From Cenococcum geophilum (lineage: Eukaryota): DNA of 64,000 nt. Made by a program: the position numbers and the translations under genes. Positions 62,190-64,000 of the stretch are shown piece after piece. The notes beneath the pieces are model-generated. The model was not told the origin of the DNA and did not search any database. It saw only the letters and a program-made list of their open reading frames with translations. Positions within the stretch are counted from its first letter, which is position 1; each line of letters begins with the position of its first letter. Location of the stretch: positions 32,984,001-33,048,000 of the forward strand of contig CP158635.1 of the NCBI GenBank assembly GCA_050273025.1, written 5' to 3'.

Positions 62190-64000
62190 TAGCATATCTT
62201 AATGATATTATTATCTACTTAATAACTAAGAAAGAATATAGAGAACACGTTAAATAGGTTTTAAAGAGACTATAAGAAGAATAGATGCTAGTAGCAATTA
62301 AAAAATACAAGTTCTTTACTAGGAAGACCGATTTTATAGGATTTATTATTAAACTAGGCTAACTTAGTATAGATTTAAAAAAGATCAAGGCTATAGTAAA
62401 TTGGTAGAAACTAGAGAACGTTACGTAATTAAGATTATTTTTAGGGTTTTATAACTACTACAGAAGGTTTATAGCGCAATAATTAAAGAATATTAAGCCA
62501 TTTACGCGATTAATAAAGAAAGAAGAACTATAGATATAGGGAAAGGAATAATAAGAACTATTTAAGAAAGTTAAGAGGTTATTTACCTAAGAGCTAGTTC
62601 TTAAGATCTATTAACTAGGGCTAGAGACGGTTATAGAAATAAATGCATTAGACTTTATATTAGGAGTATACTTTATATAAAAGCATTTAGATGGATAGCA
62701 CCTAGTAGCATACTATAGTTAAAAGATAACACTACCGGAACTAAACTATAACATTTACAATAAGGAGTTATTAGGTATAGTTACAGCACTAAAAAAATAG
62801 AGAGCATTCTTGTAAGGTATAGAAAAACTATTTATAGTTAAGACGGATTATAAGAACCTAATAGGATTCCTAATAATAAAGGAACTTAACTAAAGATAGG
62901 TTAGATAGGCAGAGATGCTTACAGAATACCATTTTAAGATTTAATATACTAAGGGTACAAATAACACGCGAGCCGATACGTTAAGTTAAAAAGCTAAACT
63001 ATAAAATAATAAGAAGCTATTAGGGGCTTTATTGCGAAAAGATATAGATAAATTAATTAGGTACAATTATCTAAAAATCGCAGTAACTTAAAAAGATAAG
63101 TTAAAAAGAGTTTATAAGTTACTAAAGAGCTTTTAGGTATAGAGAATCTTTAAAGTATAGCTAGAAAAATAGTTAAAATATCTAGGAGTAGAAATACTAT
63201 ATAAGTATAGAGAAGCGAAATATATCCTAAGAAGTATAGCAGAATACTTTATGGAAGATTTCTATAAGGGACTAACTTAAGGACACAACGGAGCTACGGG
63301 CTTAGTGTTAAGACTCTAAGAGGAGTACATTATTGATAGAATCTGGGGTATAGCATAAAAAGTTACTAAGGAGTATCTAGATTACTAAAGGAATAAACTA
63401 ATAAGGTATAAGCTATACGGAGGGCTATAACCTATTAAAATACTAGAGAGATTATAGGAGGTTATATTATAGGACTTTATTATTAAGTTGCTAAAATTAA
63501 GAAATCCTATTATAGGGTAAGATTATAACGCGATCTTAGTAATAGTAGATAAGCTTATAAAGTAGGGATACTTTATAGCCTGTACGGAAGAAATCTCAGC
63601 GGAAGATATCGCTAAAATCTATATAAAAGAAGTGTTTATAAGATATAGAGTACTAAGTAAAATTATATTAAATAGAGATCTAAGATTTATAGTAGTATTC
63701 TAGGAAGTGTTTTTAGCGAAGTAAGGAGTTTAAGTAGCAACTTCTACCGCATATTATCCGCAAATAGATAGTTAAACGGAAAGACTAAATTAGATACTAG
63801 AGTAGTATCTAAAACACTATATTAATTACGTATAGAACAATTGGGTATTACTATTACTAGTTATATAGTTTATATATAATGTAATACTATAGGAAGAAAT
63901 AGGCACTTTACTATTTAGGGCGAACTATAAATACGAGCTAAGAACATCATTATCGCTATATTAAGTAAAAAAGATAAGTAGTATAGCTAAGTAAAAAATA

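Larger units (their letters stand above)
47243..64000 (+). mobile_element. Ty3/gypsy LTR retrotransposon 'A' (5' LTR 47243-47664; gag from 47704; pol runs off the window), with three nested insertions
   Basis: LTR matches 52646-53070 and 60172-60596 (reverse complement). gag MPPKAATITL..., CCHC knuckle at ~50925-50970, protease LIDS[RG]V at ~60805, RT (LRL.I.Y..LN..T.KDRY.LPLI, FTKIDL, FGL.NA.A.F, YL[ND]DII), RNase H and integrase SD.D..F...FW, STAY.PQ.DG.TERLN. Confidence 0.92.

Noticed and set aside
1..64000. Alternative genetic code (TAA/TAG read-through) explaining the in-frame stops
   Set aside because: Stops replace Gln, Trp and Arg alike and come with C>T/G>A missense changes at catalytic residues. 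Paired LTRs and paralogues differ by the same transitions, which is the RIP signature.

Overview
Fungal (filamentous ascomycete-type) DNA that has been pervasively hit by Repeat-Induced Point mutation (RIP). TpA is very abundant and almost every reading frame is broken by TAA/TAG where CAA/CAG/TGG is expected, so the ORF track shows only fragments. The window has two parts. (1) About 1-39.3 kb is a gene-dense block of roughly 25 RIP-inactivated non-TE genes. After reversing C>T/G>A changes by eye, I recognise a JmjN+JmjC (KDM4-like) histone demethylase tail-to-tail with a chromodomain-like gene, a secreted cupredoxin-like protein, a ferric-reductase/NOX-like oxidoreductase, an FHA-kinase, an F-box protein, a MADS-box factor, a second kinase, two small Cys-rich proteins, a second chromodomain-like gene and possibly a diverged WOPR factor. 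RIP across about 39 kb of such genes implies the block was multi-copy, best explained as fossil cargo of a giant mobile element (Starship-like). No captain tyrosine recombinase is visible in the window, so that is inference. (2) About 39.3-64 kb is a resolvable nest of TEs: Ty3/gypsy remnants, a 1.3 kb TRIM-like element, a solo LTR, and a deleted hAT element carrying a DUF3716-like gene. The hAT holds a gypsy element that itself contains a 2.2 kb copia-like derivative, a full-length antisense copy of its own family and a 424 bp foldback MITE. All protein calls come from manual translation and de-RIPing, with no database searches. Pseudogene boundaries are approximate.
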